A stretch of DNA of 64,000 nucleotides from Chloroflexota bacterium (GTDB taxonomy: Bacteria; Chloroflexota; UBA11872; VXNJ01). Within the stretch, counting starts at the first letter, position 1, and each line of letters begins with the position of its first letter. Both the position numbers and the translations under genes were made by a program. Positions 37,811-47,442 of the stretch are shown piece by piece. Location of the stretch: assembly GCA_965261345.1 (NCBI GenBank), contig OZ253449.1, positions 544,001 through 608,000 of the forward strand, written 5' to 3'. Under the pieces are notes generated by a model. It worked only from the letters and a program-made list of their open reading frames with translations. It was not told where the DNA came from and ran no database searches.

Positions 37811-39100
37811 ATCGAAACCCTCGCGGGTGTTGCCCTAGCGGCGATCCTCATCGCGATCAACGGCACCTATGCCGGCGCCCAGTTCGCTCTGATCGCGGTC
37901 AATCGCTATCGCGTCGAACAGCTCGCCGATGAGAAGCGGGCCCGGGCGATCAAGAGCCTGGCGGTGCTGCGCAACCTGGCATTCGAACTATCTGGGGCTC
38001 AGCTCGGAATCACGGTTACCTCGCTGTTGCTGGGGTTTGTAACCGAATTGCTGATCGCCCCGGGGTTGAGTGACCAGTTTGCCGGCTCCAGGCCCGGAGC
38101 CGAGCCCGGAGCCACACTGGTGGTCGTTTCGGTGGCGGTGCTGGGCCTGCTCTCATTCGTCCAGATGATCGCCGGGGAGTTGGCCCCCAAGAATCTGGCG
38201 ATCGCCCGCCCGTTGCAGACAACCCTTTTCCTGGCGCCATTTCTGGGCGCCTCCAACCGCCTGGCCCGTCCCCTGGTCGTGGTGCTCAATCAGGCCGCCA
38301 ACCGCTTCATCCGCATGTGCGGAGTCGAACCGGCCGACGAGCTTACCAGCGTGCGCAACTCGTCTGATCTGCTGCGCGCGATTCGCTGGTCGTCGCAGGC
38401 CGGTTCGCTGCCCTCGAGCACCGCGCGCTTCGCACATGCGGTGGTCGCATTTGATTCATTGGCAGCCCGCGATGTGCTAACGCCGCGAAGCAATGTGATC
38501 TCGCTGCCCGAAGATGCCTCGATGGCCGATCTCGGCCGGGTGGCGAGCCAACGTGGGGTCGTCCATGTACCGGTCCTGCGGCGCGGCAGCGAGGAAGTAT
38601 TGGGAGTGGTTTCGGCCCGGTCCCTGTTCGCGATCGCCCGTCATGATCTTGCCAATATTCCGGTTCGGCTCTATATGCAGCCGATCCTGGCGGCATCGAC
38701 TTCGGCCCCGCTCTATTCGGTGCTGCTCTTGATGCGGCGGCGGCGCAACCCGATGGTGATCGTGGTTGATGAGCACGGGGTAATGGCCGGCGTCCTCACA
38801 ATCGATGACGTCCTGCTGCCGCTACTGGCCGGGCGGGCGTCGCCCGCGCCCGGTGGGTTGGTCCGACGGGCGGTGCGGCTTGATGGGTTGGCGACCGCTT
38901 CCGAATGCGAGCTGGCGGCCGGATTCATCCTCCCCAACGGACCCTACGAAACCCTGGCCGGATTCCTGCTGATGGAATTCCAGCGCATTCCCGCTGCCGG
39001 CGACGTGCTCGAGTACCAGGGCTGGCGGCTCGAGGTGCTCTCGACCGCCGGAATGCAGGTGACCAGGGTGGCGCTCATCCCGCCGGCCGGCGCCCCATGA
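37811..39100 (+). CDS. CNNM/CorB-type hemolysin-family protein (DUF21-CBS-CorC), copy 1
   Basis: QLGITVTSL.LG, GELAPK, TPR, VVDEHG, YETLAG; homology extends about 51 codons upstream of the called GTG 37964 with no canonical start. Confidence 0.85.
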   Translation: METLAGVALAAILIAINGTYAGAQFALIAVNRYRVEQLADEKRARAIKSLAVLRNLAFELSGAQLGITVTSLLLGFVTELLIAPGLSDQFAGSRPGAEPGATLVVVSVAVLGLLSFVQMIAGELAPKNLAIARPLQTTLFLAPFLGASNRLARPLVVVLNQAANRFIRMCGVEPADELTSVRNSSDLLRAIRWSSQAGSLPSSTARFAHAVVAFDSLAARDVLTPRSNVISLPEDASMADLGRVASQRGVVHVPVLRRGSEEVLGVVSARSLFAIARHDLANIPVRLYMQPILAASTSAPLYSVLLLMRRRRNPMVIVVDEHGVMAGVLTIDDVLLPLLAGRASPAPGGLVRRAVRLDGLATASECELAAGFILPNGPYETLAGFLLMEFQRIPAAGDVLEYQGWRLEVLSTAGMQVTRVALIPPAGAP

Positions 39101-40452
39101 TCGATCCGGTGCTGGCCCTGATCCTGGCGGCGGCTCTGCTGGCGGTCAACGGATTTTTCGTGGCCGCCGAATTCGCCTTGACCGCCGCCGATCGCGCCCG
39201 CATCGGCGAGCTGGCGCAAACCGATTCATGGCGGGCACGACTGGCCCAAAAGGCGACCAAGGAACTCTCGTTGATGCTGGCCGGGGCGCAGCTGGGCATC
39301 ACCGTGGCATCGATCGCACTCGGGTTCGTGGCTGAACCTGCGGTTGCCTTCCTGGTCGAACTGGCCGTGAGCGGTTTCTGGCACCCCGATCCGGCGACCC
39401 TGCACCTCGTGGCCCTTCCTACGGCGTTGGTGATCGTGACCATCCTGCACATGATTTTTGGCGAAATCCTGCCCAAAAACGTAGCCTTGACTCGGCCAAC
39501 GCGATTGGCCCTGGCAGTGGCGATACCGTTTCGATTTTTCGCCAACGCGGTGCGGCTGATCATCTGGGTGCTAAACGGGGCCGCCAACTTGGTGGTGCGG
39601 ATGTTCGGGATCGAACCCGAAGATGAGGTTGATATCGCCTACTCACGGCGCGACCTTGAATTTATCGTTGACGACCTTGGCGCCGAAGGCGAGCTGGACG
39701 AACCCGAGCTGGCAATGCTCGAACGCGCGCTGGCGTTTTCCGAACTCAAGGTCCGAGAGGCCATGACTCCGCGTCCGCAGATGACGCTTGCCGACGTCCG
39801 CTCCTCGCCGGCTCAACTGGTGGCCCTGGCCGAATCGACCGGCCATTCGCGTTTCCCGCTTTGGGAGGGCGTGCCCGACCGTGTCGTCGGTTTGGTCGAC
39901 GTCGTTGACCTGTTTCGGTTAAGCGCGCGCGATTGGGCCGCGCCGCTGCCGCGGCCGGTCATCACCAAGCTGCCGGCGGTATTTGAGAACGCGCCGATGG
40001 CCGGACTACCTACCCAAATGCGTGAAAGCGAAGCCGAGATGCTGCTGGTTGTAGACGAACACGGTGACGCCGCCGGACTGATCACCAGCGAGGACATCGC
40101 GGTTGCCCTGGTCGGCGACCTGGCCGCTCATTCAACCCCTGCCCCGGCCGACCTGCTGCGCCTCGATGATGGCAGTTGGACCGCGGCGGGTATGGTGCGG
40201 GCCACCGGGTTGGCCTCGGCGTTGGGAATCGTCCTGCCCGACGCCGAATTTGAAACGGTCGCCGGGTTCGTGCTAAACCAGCTGGCGGCAATCCCGAACG
40301 AGGGGGCCAATTTCTCCTTCCAGGGCTGGCTGGTCCTGGTCGCCAGGATGTCTGGACCGCGCATCGAGCAGGTGCGGTTCATCCCGCTGGCGCCCGGATA
40401 TGCCGTTCCGGGAGGCCCTCAATCGCCAGACCGGGCGCCGGAGGATTCTTAG
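39097..40452 (+). CDS. CNNM/CorB-type hemolysin-family protein, copy 2
   Basis: NGFFVAAEFAL, QLGIT, GEILPK, MTPR, HSRFP, VVDEHG; ATGA overlap with copy 1. Confidence 0.92.
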   Translation: MIDPVLALILAAALLAVNGFFVAAEFALTAADRARIGELAQTDSWRARLAQKATKELSLMLAGAQLGITVASIALGFVAEPAVAFLVELAVSGFWHPDPATLHLVALPTALVIVTILHMIFGEILPKNVALTRPTRLALAVAIPFRFFANAVRLIIWVLNGAANLVVRMFGIEPEDEVDIAYSRRDLEFIVDDLGAEGELDEPELAMLERALAFSELKVREAMTPRPQMTLADVRSSPAQLVALAESTGHSRFPLWEGVPDRVVGLVDVVDLFRLSARDWAAPLPRPVITKLPAVFENAPMAGLPTQMRESEAEMLLVVDEHGDAAGLITSEDIAVALVGDLAAHSTPAPADLLRLDDGSWTAAGMVRATGLASALGIVLPDAEFETVAGFVLNQLAAIPNEGANFSFQGWLVLVARMSGPRIEQVRFIPLAPGYAVPGGPQSPDRAPEDS

Positions 40453-40979
40453 TCGGTCCCGGCCTTTCCGCCCAGTTCGATATCCAGGGTCAGCAGCGCG
40501 GCCGCATTCTCACCGGCCAGCTTCACGCGGCGGACGATATCGTCAAACGTCTTTTCTTCCTCGACCTGTTCGGTGAGGAACCACTCCAGAAAGATCGCGG
40601 TCGCGCTGTCACGGTCGGAAGTGGCCAGCTCATGGAGATGCTTGAACGACTCCGACACACCCTCCTCCTGGGCCAGGGCGGCCGAAAACGCTCCGTGCGC
40701 GCTCTGGTAGTCGTTGGGCACCTGAGCTATCGGACCGATCTGCACCCGCCCGCCACGGTCGAGCACATACTCAAAAAGTCGCAGCGCGTGGCCGCGTTCT
40801 TCAGCAGCCTGTTTTTCCATAAAAGCTGAAAACCCAAGCAGGCTTTCGTTATCGAACCAACCGGCCATCGCCAGGTAGGTAAATTCGGCGGCAAACTCGT
40901 TGGATATCTGCTGATTTAGGCCGGATAGCAATTCGGACGTTAGTGCGCCAAGTCCGTGCGCGTTTGGGGTCCCTGCCAC
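40449..40979 (-). CDS. ftnA: Non-heme ferritin
   Basis: LNQQISNE, YLAM, EERGHA, FLEWFLTEQVEEE; AAGGAG RBS 7 nt before GTG 40979. Confidence 0.92.
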   Translation of the reverse strand: MAGTPNAHGLGALTSELLSGLNQQISNEFAAEFTYLAMAGWFDNESLLGFSAFMEKQAAEERGHALRLFEYVLDRGGRVQIGPIAQVPNDYQSAHGAFSAALAQEEGVSESFKHLHELATSDRDSATAIFLEWFLTEQVEEEKTFDDIVRRVKLAGENAAALLTLDIELGGKAGTD

Positions 40980-41169
40980 TGTCGGTCTCCTTGCCAGTCG
41001 GCGAGTGTGAGCCACCCGCAGATTGACGTTTAAGCGGCGACGGTCTCAATCGAATCCTCGGGCGCGCGGTCGCAACGGTCATTAGCACGTGCTGATTTGC
41101 GGCGGGCGGGCAGCGCGTTCCGGCTTTATGAAAAAATCAACCGATCCCAATTGCCCCATCAGCAGATAC

Positions 41170-42612
41170 ATGCCCGCAGCCGACAACGTAGTTTTCATCC
41201 TCACCGACGACCAGGCCACCTGGGCGCTGGGCTGCTACGGAAACAGCGAAATCTCGACCCCGAACCTGGATCGCCTCGCAGCCTCGGGGGCGCGCCTGCA
41301 AAATTTTTTCGTCTCCTCGCCGGTGTGCTCACCTTCGCGGGCCACCTACCTGACCGGACTCATAAATTCACAACATGGCGTACACGATTGGGTCCGTCAG
41401 GATGGGGCCCAGGAGTGCCCGCCGGCGCTGCTTGCCGGCCGCACGACCTACGTGGACGTAATGGCCGCTCACGGTTATTCCTGTTCGCTCTCAGGGAAGT
41501 GGCACCTGGGTGAACAGGAACTGCCCTTGCACGGATTCGAGCGCCACTACATGCGCCGCTTCGGCGGAGGCAGCTATGTGGACCCCGAAATGGTGCGCGA
41601 CGGCCAACGGGCGATTGCCCGCGGCTATGCAAGCGACCTATTTACCGACGATGCGATCGAATTTATCGCCTCCCGCGCCGGGCGACCGGCGCCGTTCTAC
41701 GCCTCGGTCCATTTCACCGCTCCGCACAGCCCCTGGTATGGCCATCCGCAGGACGTCGTGGATTCCTACGATGATTGCCCGTTCGAATCCTGTCCCCAGG
41801 AAGATCCCCATCCGTGGATGGGCGGATCGCCGACCGAATTTAAGGGCGGGCGCGAGATGCTCAAAGGCTACTTTGCCGCGGTCACGGCGATGGACCGCTG
41901 CGTGGGCCGAATACTCAACGCGCTCGAAGACCTCGGCGTGCGTGAGCGCACATTGGTGGTGTTCTGCTCCGACAACGGATTTAATTTCGGCCACCACGGA
42001 GTGTGGGGCAAGGGCAATGGGACCTTCCCCTTCAACATGTACGAAACCTCGGTCAAAGTTCCCTGCATCTTTTCGCATCCAGGAGTGATTCCGGCTGGCC
42101 AGGTACTTGCTGGGCTGCATTCCAATTACGACATGTTCCCGACCTTGCTCGATTACCTGAAGCTGCCGATCCCGGCCGGAGCCGCCTTGCCGGGCAAGAG
42201 TCTGGTCCCGGCGCTACTGGGCAAAGGTGACGATGCGCACGACGCGGTGGTTGTCTACGACGAATACGGCGGCACCCGAATGGTGCGCACCCGGCGCTGG
42301 AAGTACATTCACCGCTACGATCATGGTCCATGCGAGCTGTTCGATTTGCGCGACGATCCCGGCGAGCGGCGCAATCTCCTCTACGACCCCGCCCAAGCCG
42401 CGCGCATTGTCTCGCTGCGGCGGCTTTTGGAAGATTTCTTCGATACGTGGGCCGAGGACCGCCACGACGGGCGCGAACTCGACGTGCGCGGGTTTGGCCA
42501 GGGCGCCGACCTGTCCGGGGATCGAGACGCCGATCGAACGGTGTTCTATCACTCCTGGCACGATGAACGGCCCGTGCCGGTAATTGCCGCTCTGCGCGAA
42601 CAAGGCCGATGA
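41170..42612 (+). CDS. Sulfatase
   Basis: FILTDDQ, TPNLDRLA, CSPSRA, GKWH, SDNG. Confidence 0.93.
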   Translation: MPAADNVVFILTDDQATWALGCYGNSEISTPNLDRLAASGARLQNFFVSSPVCSPSRATYLTGLINSQHGVHDWVRQDGAQECPPALLAGRTTYVDVMAAHGYSCSLSGKWHLGEQELPLHGFERHYMRRFGGGSYVDPEMVRDGQRAIARGYASDLFTDDAIEFIASRAGRPAPFYASVHFTAPHSPWYGHPQDVVDSYDDCPFESCPQEDPHPWMGGSPTEFKGGREMLKGYFAAVTAMDRCVGRILNALEDLGVRERTLVVFCSDNGFNFGHHGVWGKGNGTFPFNMYETSVKVPCIFSHPGVIPAGQVLAGLHSNYDMFPTLLDYLKLPIPAGAALPGKSLVPALLGKGDDAHDAVVVYDEYGGTRMVRTRRWKYIHRYDHGPCELFDLRDDPGERRNLLYDPAQAARIVSLRRLLEDFFDTWAEDRHDGRELDVRGFGQGADLSGDRDADRTVFYHSWHDERPVPVIAALREQGR

Positions 42613-43784
42613 GCACCCGGTCACTGCTGTCCGGACTAATTTGCTGCGAATGCGGCGATCACGCGCCGGCCGATCAGTTGCAGACCGTTTGCCCCAGGTG
42701 CCAGGGATCATGGTTGGCCGAGTACTCGTTGGAGGGATCCAGCCTTGACCGCGACGAGATCGCTCAGCGCTCTGGCGGAATGTGGCGCTGGCGCGAATTA
42801 CTGCCGGTTCGTGATGCTGCAAATATTGCCAGTTTGGGCGAGGGATGCACCCCGATGCTCAAACTGGAAAGGCTGGCCACACGGCTGGGCCTGGGGCAGG
42901 TCTGGCTCAAGGACGAGGGCGCCAACCCCACCGGAACCTTTAAAGCCCGCGGCGCATCGGCGGCGGTTTCGCGCGCCAAGGAACTCGGGGTCACCGACAT
43001 CGCCCTGGGCACCGCCGGCAACGCCGGCAGCGCCTTGGCCGCGTATGCGGCCGCCGCCGCAATCAACGCCCACGTGGCGATGCCCGACTTCACGCCGGAA
43101 CCGATCAAGGCCGAGTGCCGGGCCTATGGAGCCGACGTGGTGGAAGTCGACGGGCCAATTTCGCTGGCTGGCAGGCTGATGTCCGACCGTGCCCGGGAAA
43201 ACGGATGGTTCGAGGGCTCAACTCTTAAAGAGCCCTATCGAATCGAAGGCAAGAAGACGATGGGATACGAACTGGCTGAGTTCTTCGATTGGGAAATGCC
43301 CGATGTCGTGCTCTACCCTACCGGCGGCGGCGTGGGATTGATCGGGATCTGGAAAGCCGGGTTGGAATTGGCCCGCCTGGGTTGGCTCGAAGGCCGATCG
43401 CTGCCACGCATGATAGCGGTGCAGGCCGACGGGTGCGCGCCGGTCGTTACCGCCTACGAAGCCGGTCGCGATTGGGCCGAACCTCCGTCGCAACCTGACA
43501 CGGTCGCAGCCGGGCTCTTGGTTCCGCTCCCTTACGGCCACCGTCTGGTGCTGCGCATCATCGCCGAATCCGGCGGTGCGGCCATCGGCATCAGTGACGC
43601 TGAACTGGTGCCCGCAATGTTGCAGCTGGCCACCGAGGAAGGGGTGTTGGTCTGCCCGGAAGCTGCCGCCATGCTGCCGGCGCTGGCAAGATTGGTGGCC
43701 GAAGGCCGAATTTCCCGCGATGAAAGGGTCGTGCTGCTCTCCACCGGCAACGCGCTCAAGTACACCCAACTGATCCGCAACTAG
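42609..43784 (+). CDS. thrC: Threonine synthase
   Basis: N-terminal CxxC...CxxC, LGEG.TP, NPTGTFKARG, AGNAG, RIEGKKTMG. Confidence 0.9.
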   Translation: MSTRSLLSGLICCECGDHAPADQLQTVCPRCQGSWLAEYSLEGSSLDRDEIAQRSGGMWRWRELLPVRDAANIASLGEGCTPMLKLERLATRLGLGQVWLKDEGANPTGTFKARGASAAVSRAKELGVTDIALGTAGNAGSALAAYAAAAAINAHVAMPDFTPEPIKAECRAYGADVVEVDGPISLAGRLMSDRARENGWFEGSTLKEPYRIEGKKTMGYELAEFFDWEMPDVVLYPTGGGVGLIGIWKAGLELARLGWLEGRSLPRMIAVQADGCAPVVTAYEAGRDWAEPPSQPDTVAAGLLVPLPYGHRLVLRIIAESGGAAIGISDAELVPAMLQLATEEGVLVCPEAAAMLPALARLVAEGRISRDERVVLLSTGNALKYTQLIRN

Positions 43785-43872
43785 CCGGACCGGCGATTAT
43801 TGGTCCGCCGGCCGCTGCCGGCGGTTTTCCAATTCCAGCTGACACTCGACCACAGGAAGGATCATCTTTGCA

Positions 43873-44379
43873 ATGGCCCGCCGCCGGCCCAAATCAAAGC
43901 TCCCAGTTGCGTCGATAGAGACCGGGCACCGAATTACGATTGCCAGCAACCGGCGGGCGCGTTACGACTTCGATCTGGGCGAGGAATTCATCGCCGGAAT
44001 CGTGCTTGAGGGCACCGAGATCAAGTCGATTCGGCAACGCAACGTATCGATCGCCAATGCCTACGTCCAGGCCTCGCTGGGCGAAGCCTGGATCAGCGGC
44101 ATGTACATCGCCCGCTATCGGCCGGCCGCCAACCGCAACCATGATCCCAACCGGACACGCAAGCTGCTGCTAAATCGGCGCGAACTGCTACGGATTCATG
44201 CCCGCACCCAGCAGCAGGGCTTTACCGCAGTGCCGCTTGAATTGCTCATCCAGGGTCGCTATGCCAAGTTGCGATTGGCGATCGCCCGCGGGCGCAAGAC
44301 CTGGGACAAACGACAGAAAATTTCGCGCCACGAAGCCGAGGGGCGGATCCGCCGGCTGCTCAAGCACAACGCGCCTTGA
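43873..44379 (+). CDS. smpB: SsrA-binding protein
   Basis: NRRARYDF, AGIVL.GTEIKSIR, HDP.RTRKLLL, ARGRK.WDKR. Confidence 0.96.
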   Translation: MARRRPKSKLPVASIETGHRITIASNRRARYDFDLGEEFIAGIVLEGTEIKSIRQRNVSIANAYVQASLGEAWISGMYIARYRPAANRNHDPNRTRKLLLNRRELLRIHARTQQQGFTAVPLELLIQGRYAKLRLAIARGRKTWDKRQKISRHEAEGRIRRLLKHNAP

Positions 44380-44455
44380 GTCTTGCGGAAGGGAACGCCA
44401 ATGAGCGTTTATTGGCAATACTTGAAGGTGCCTGATTGAATCGCCCCGCGACGAA

Positions 44456-46408
44456 TTGCACCGATCCAACGCCCACCTCCTCCGACGAGCGTCGCCCAAA
44501 TTGACCACCGTTGACCAATGCCGATGCCCGCTGCCCAGCGGGCTGGTGCTCGACGACGCCCAAAAGGCGATCCTGCGGGACGCTCCCTCGGTTGAGTGGA
44601 TCGAGACCCGCCAGCAACTGAGCGAACTTTCGCTGGGGGGTCCGGAAGGATCGCGATTCAAGGTTGATTACGAAGTTGAGGGCCACGGTCGGGTAACCGA
44701 GGCCACCGTCACCAGGGTTCGCAACGGCATCGCGGTCAACTTTGCCGAGGCCTACATGCGCCGGCGCGATCCCGACAGCATGGTCATAGGTGACCAGCTG
44801 GGGACTGACAAAGACAGCATCGCCGACCGATTGGACGTCTCCATGGAGGAGTTGCGGACATCGGTCTTTGAATGGCTCGCCGCCCAGGACCTGCTGGTCA
44901 TGGCGATCAAGGCGGGCGGCTCAAAATTCGGCTACCCGGCACTGCTGATCGCTCCGCGCAATGCGGCTTTTTTTGCCGCCAGCCTGGGCGATTTGCAGGA
45001 GCTTGTGCCAGCCAGCGATCTGGGTTCCAGATTCTGCCCGCGGGCAATCATCTATCTGGCTCCGCCGTTCCGCCATATCTACTGCGCCGGGCGGCAGGTC
45101 GTGGTGCACTGCCGCAGCGCCACGGTCCATGAGATCTATTCGCTAAATCTTTATCTCGGGCCCAGCGCCAAAAAAGGGATTTACGGCGTGCTGCTCTCGA
45201 TCGGCGAGCGCGAAAAATGGGTGACCGCGCATTGCTCGGTGGTCCAAGCGATTACCCCCTATGACAACATCGTTACGATCATGCACGAGGGGCCCTCCGG
45301 CTGCGGCAAGTCGGAAATGCTCGAATATCCGCACGTCGAAACCGACGGTCGCCTACTGCTGGGGCAAAACCAGGTCTCGGGCGAGATGCGGTACATCTCC
45401 ATCAACCAGTTCTGTCAGCTGCAGCCGGTAGCCGACGACATGGCGCTTTGTCATCCGGATATCCAGGACGGCGCCGGTCAATTGGCAATAGTCGATGCCG
45501 AATCGGCATGGTTCGTGCGCGTCGATCACATCCATTCCTACGGCGTCGATCCCTATCTTGAGCGCCTGTGCACGACCCCGCCGCAACCGATCATTTTTTT
45601 GAACATCCACGCGGTTCCCGACGCTACGGCGCTGATCTGGGAACCGGTCGAGGACGCCCCGGGAGTCCGCTGTCCCAATCCGCGAGTGATATTGCCACGG
45701 GCGATCGTTCCCGAGGTGGTCGGCGACCCGGTCAAGGTTGACGTCCGCAACTTTGGACTGCGGCAGCCGCCGTGTACCAGCGAGCGACCCACCTACGGAA
45801 TAGTCGGGATGCTGCACTTCCTGCCGCCGGCACTGGCCTGGATTTGGCGCTTGGTGGCTCCACGTGGTTACCTGAACCCCAGCATCGTCGGCGGCTCGGG
45901 CCTTGAATCCGAGGGCGTGGGATCCTACTGGCCATTTGCCACTGGCCGGCGGGTCGATCAGGCCAACCTGCTGCTTGAGCAAATGCTGGCCGCTCCAGCC
46001 ACCCGCTACACCCTCACACCCAATCAATTCATCGGCGCCTGGCGCACCGGGTTCATGCCGCAATGGTTGGTGCGCGAATATCTGGCGCGGCGCGGCGGAG
46101 CGCACTTTAGGCAGGATCAGATCTCACCCGCGCGCTGCACCCTGCTCGGGTACGCGATGGACCAGATGCGCATCGAGGGCCAGTTGATCGACCGCTGGTT
46201 CACCAAGATCGAATCACAGCCGGAAGTCGGTGAAGAAGCTTACATGATCGGCGCCGGAAGGTTGACCGAATTCTTCAAACGCACCCTCCGCGTAGAGTAC
46301 GTCCATCCGGAATTGGCATCGGTGGGGCGCGAAATAATCGACTGCGTGCTCAGCGACGGGTCACTTGCCGATTACGAACGCCTATTGCCCGGCGGCGATA
46401 GCGCCTGA
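44456..46408 (+). CDS. DUF4914 family protein (P-loop, PEPCK-like)
   Basis: YMRRRDPDSM, NLY.GPSAKKG.YG, HEGPSGCGKSEM, DDMALCH, PPALAWIWRLVAPRG, EGVGSYWPFATG. Confidence 0.8.
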   Translation: MHRSNAHLLRRASPKLTTVDQCRCPLPSGLVLDDAQKAILRDAPSVEWIETRQQLSELSLGGPEGSRFKVDYEVEGHGRVTEATVTRVRNGIAVNFAEAYMRRRDPDSMVIGDQLGTDKDSIADRLDVSMEELRTSVFEWLAAQDLLVMAIKAGGSKFGYPALLIAPRNAAFFAASLGDLQELVPASDLGSRFCPRAIIYLAPPFRHIYCAGRQVVVHCRSATVHEIYSLNLYLGPSAKKGIYGVLLSIGEREKWVTAHCSVVQAITPYDNIVTIMHEGPSGCGKSEMLEYPHVETDGRLLLGQNQVSGEMRYISINQFCQLQPVADDMALCHPDIQDGAGQLAIVDAESAWFVRVDHIHSYGVDPYLERLCTTPPQPIIFLNIHAVPDATALIWEPVEDAPGVRCPNPRVILPRAIVPEVVGDPVKVDVRNFGLRQPPCTSERPTYGIVGMLHFLPPALAWIWRLVAPRGYLNPSIVGGSGLESEGVGSYWPFATGRRVDQANLLLEQMLAAPATRYTLTPNQFIGAWRTGFMPQWLVREYLARRGGAHFRQDQISPARCTLLGYAMDQMRIEGQLIDRWFTKIESQPEVGEEAYMIGAGRLTEFFKRTLRVEYVHPELASVGREIIDCVLSDGSLADYERLLPGGDSA

Positions 46409-46444
46409 TTCCCAGCCGATCAAGCAATTTCGGGATTTTTAGTA

Positions 46445-47359
46445 TTGGGAGATCTGCGTGGCCTGCTAGCCGACCAGTCAGCCCTACCGGTCCTCTACGA
46501 AAGCCTGCCGCCGCTTTCGCAATCTAGCCGCACAACCAGATTGGCGGCCGAGGCGCTGGCGCGCACATTGGTGGGTTTTTCAGATATCGTGGATGCGATC
46601 TGCGTTCCGCAAGTGGAAGACGAGCGCAGTTCCGGCTTGATCATTGACCGGGCGCCGAAAGCCGATGCGATCGAATACGTCCGCCATTACCTGGAAATTG
46701 CCCGGCCGCGGGGCCCGCGGTCGGCCATGATCGCCCAGCCGCTGACCGCTTTTACCGGAGCGCAAATCGATGCCCTGCTGGAGAGGGTCGTAGGTGCCGG
46801 GATCGCCGCGTTGGCGGTCGTGGGCCCACCAACCGCGGCGAAATCGAAGGTGGCCCCGACGTCAACCCTGGCGGCGATAGATCGCGCATCCGATGACGGG
46901 CGCCTGCTCATCGGCGCCATAGCCGTCCATGCCCGGCCGGGCGAGCCGGAACGGATGGTGGCCAAGGTCAGGGCCGGAGCCAGTTTCTTCGTATCGCAGA
47001 TCTTCTACGACGCGCCCAGCATGCGCGAACTGATCTGCAACTACGCCCTGACCTGTGAGCGCGCCGGAGTGCCCCCGGCGCGACTGATATTTAGCCTCGC
47101 GCCAATAATCTCCAAGGCCACCGCCCGACTGATGGCTAAGATAATCAACCCCGGGCAGCGCCTGGGCGAACCGGCGGCGGGAATTCCCGAACCGGCGATC
47201 GGCGCCGAAACCGTAAATTTTCTCACCGATCTGCTCGGGCAAACGGTTGCGGCCGGGCGGGGCGTCGGCGTTCCGTTGGGAATTTCGATCGGGCACGTAA
47301 CCGAGCGCAACGTGCGGCTGTCGCTGGAACTGGCGGTGGCGATCGGCAAGATCGGCTGA
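46445..47359 (+). CDS. Divergent methylenetetrahydrofolate reductase-like TIM barrel
   Basis: N-terminal YESLPP and K.RAGASFFVSQIFYD resemble the MTHFR xExxPP and KxxAGAxFxxTQxxFD motifs. Confidence 0.6.
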   Translation: MGDLRGLLADQSALPVLYESLPPLSQSSRTTRLAAEALARTLVGFSDIVDAICVPQVEDERSSGLIIDRAPKADAIEYVRHYLEIARPRGPRSAMIAQPLTAFTGAQIDALLERVVGAGIAALAVVGPPTAAKSKVAPTSTLAAIDRASDDGRLLIGAIAVHARPGEPERMVAKVRAGASFFVSQIFYDAPSMRELICNYALTCERAGVPPARLIFSLAPIISKATARLMAKIINPGQRLGEPAAGIPEPAIGAETVNFLTDLLGQTVAAGRGVGVPLGISIGHVTERNVRLSLELAVAIGKIG

Positions 47360-47442
47360 CCTCAAGGGGCCGGTAACTCGGTTCCACAATCGTTCCACGG
47401 CAGCTGCCGTTCGCCGGAATCGGGGCCCTGCTGGTCCGGCAG

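Noticed and set aside
44380-44455. tmRNA next to smpB
   Set aside because: The gap is too short and has no tRNA-like ends.
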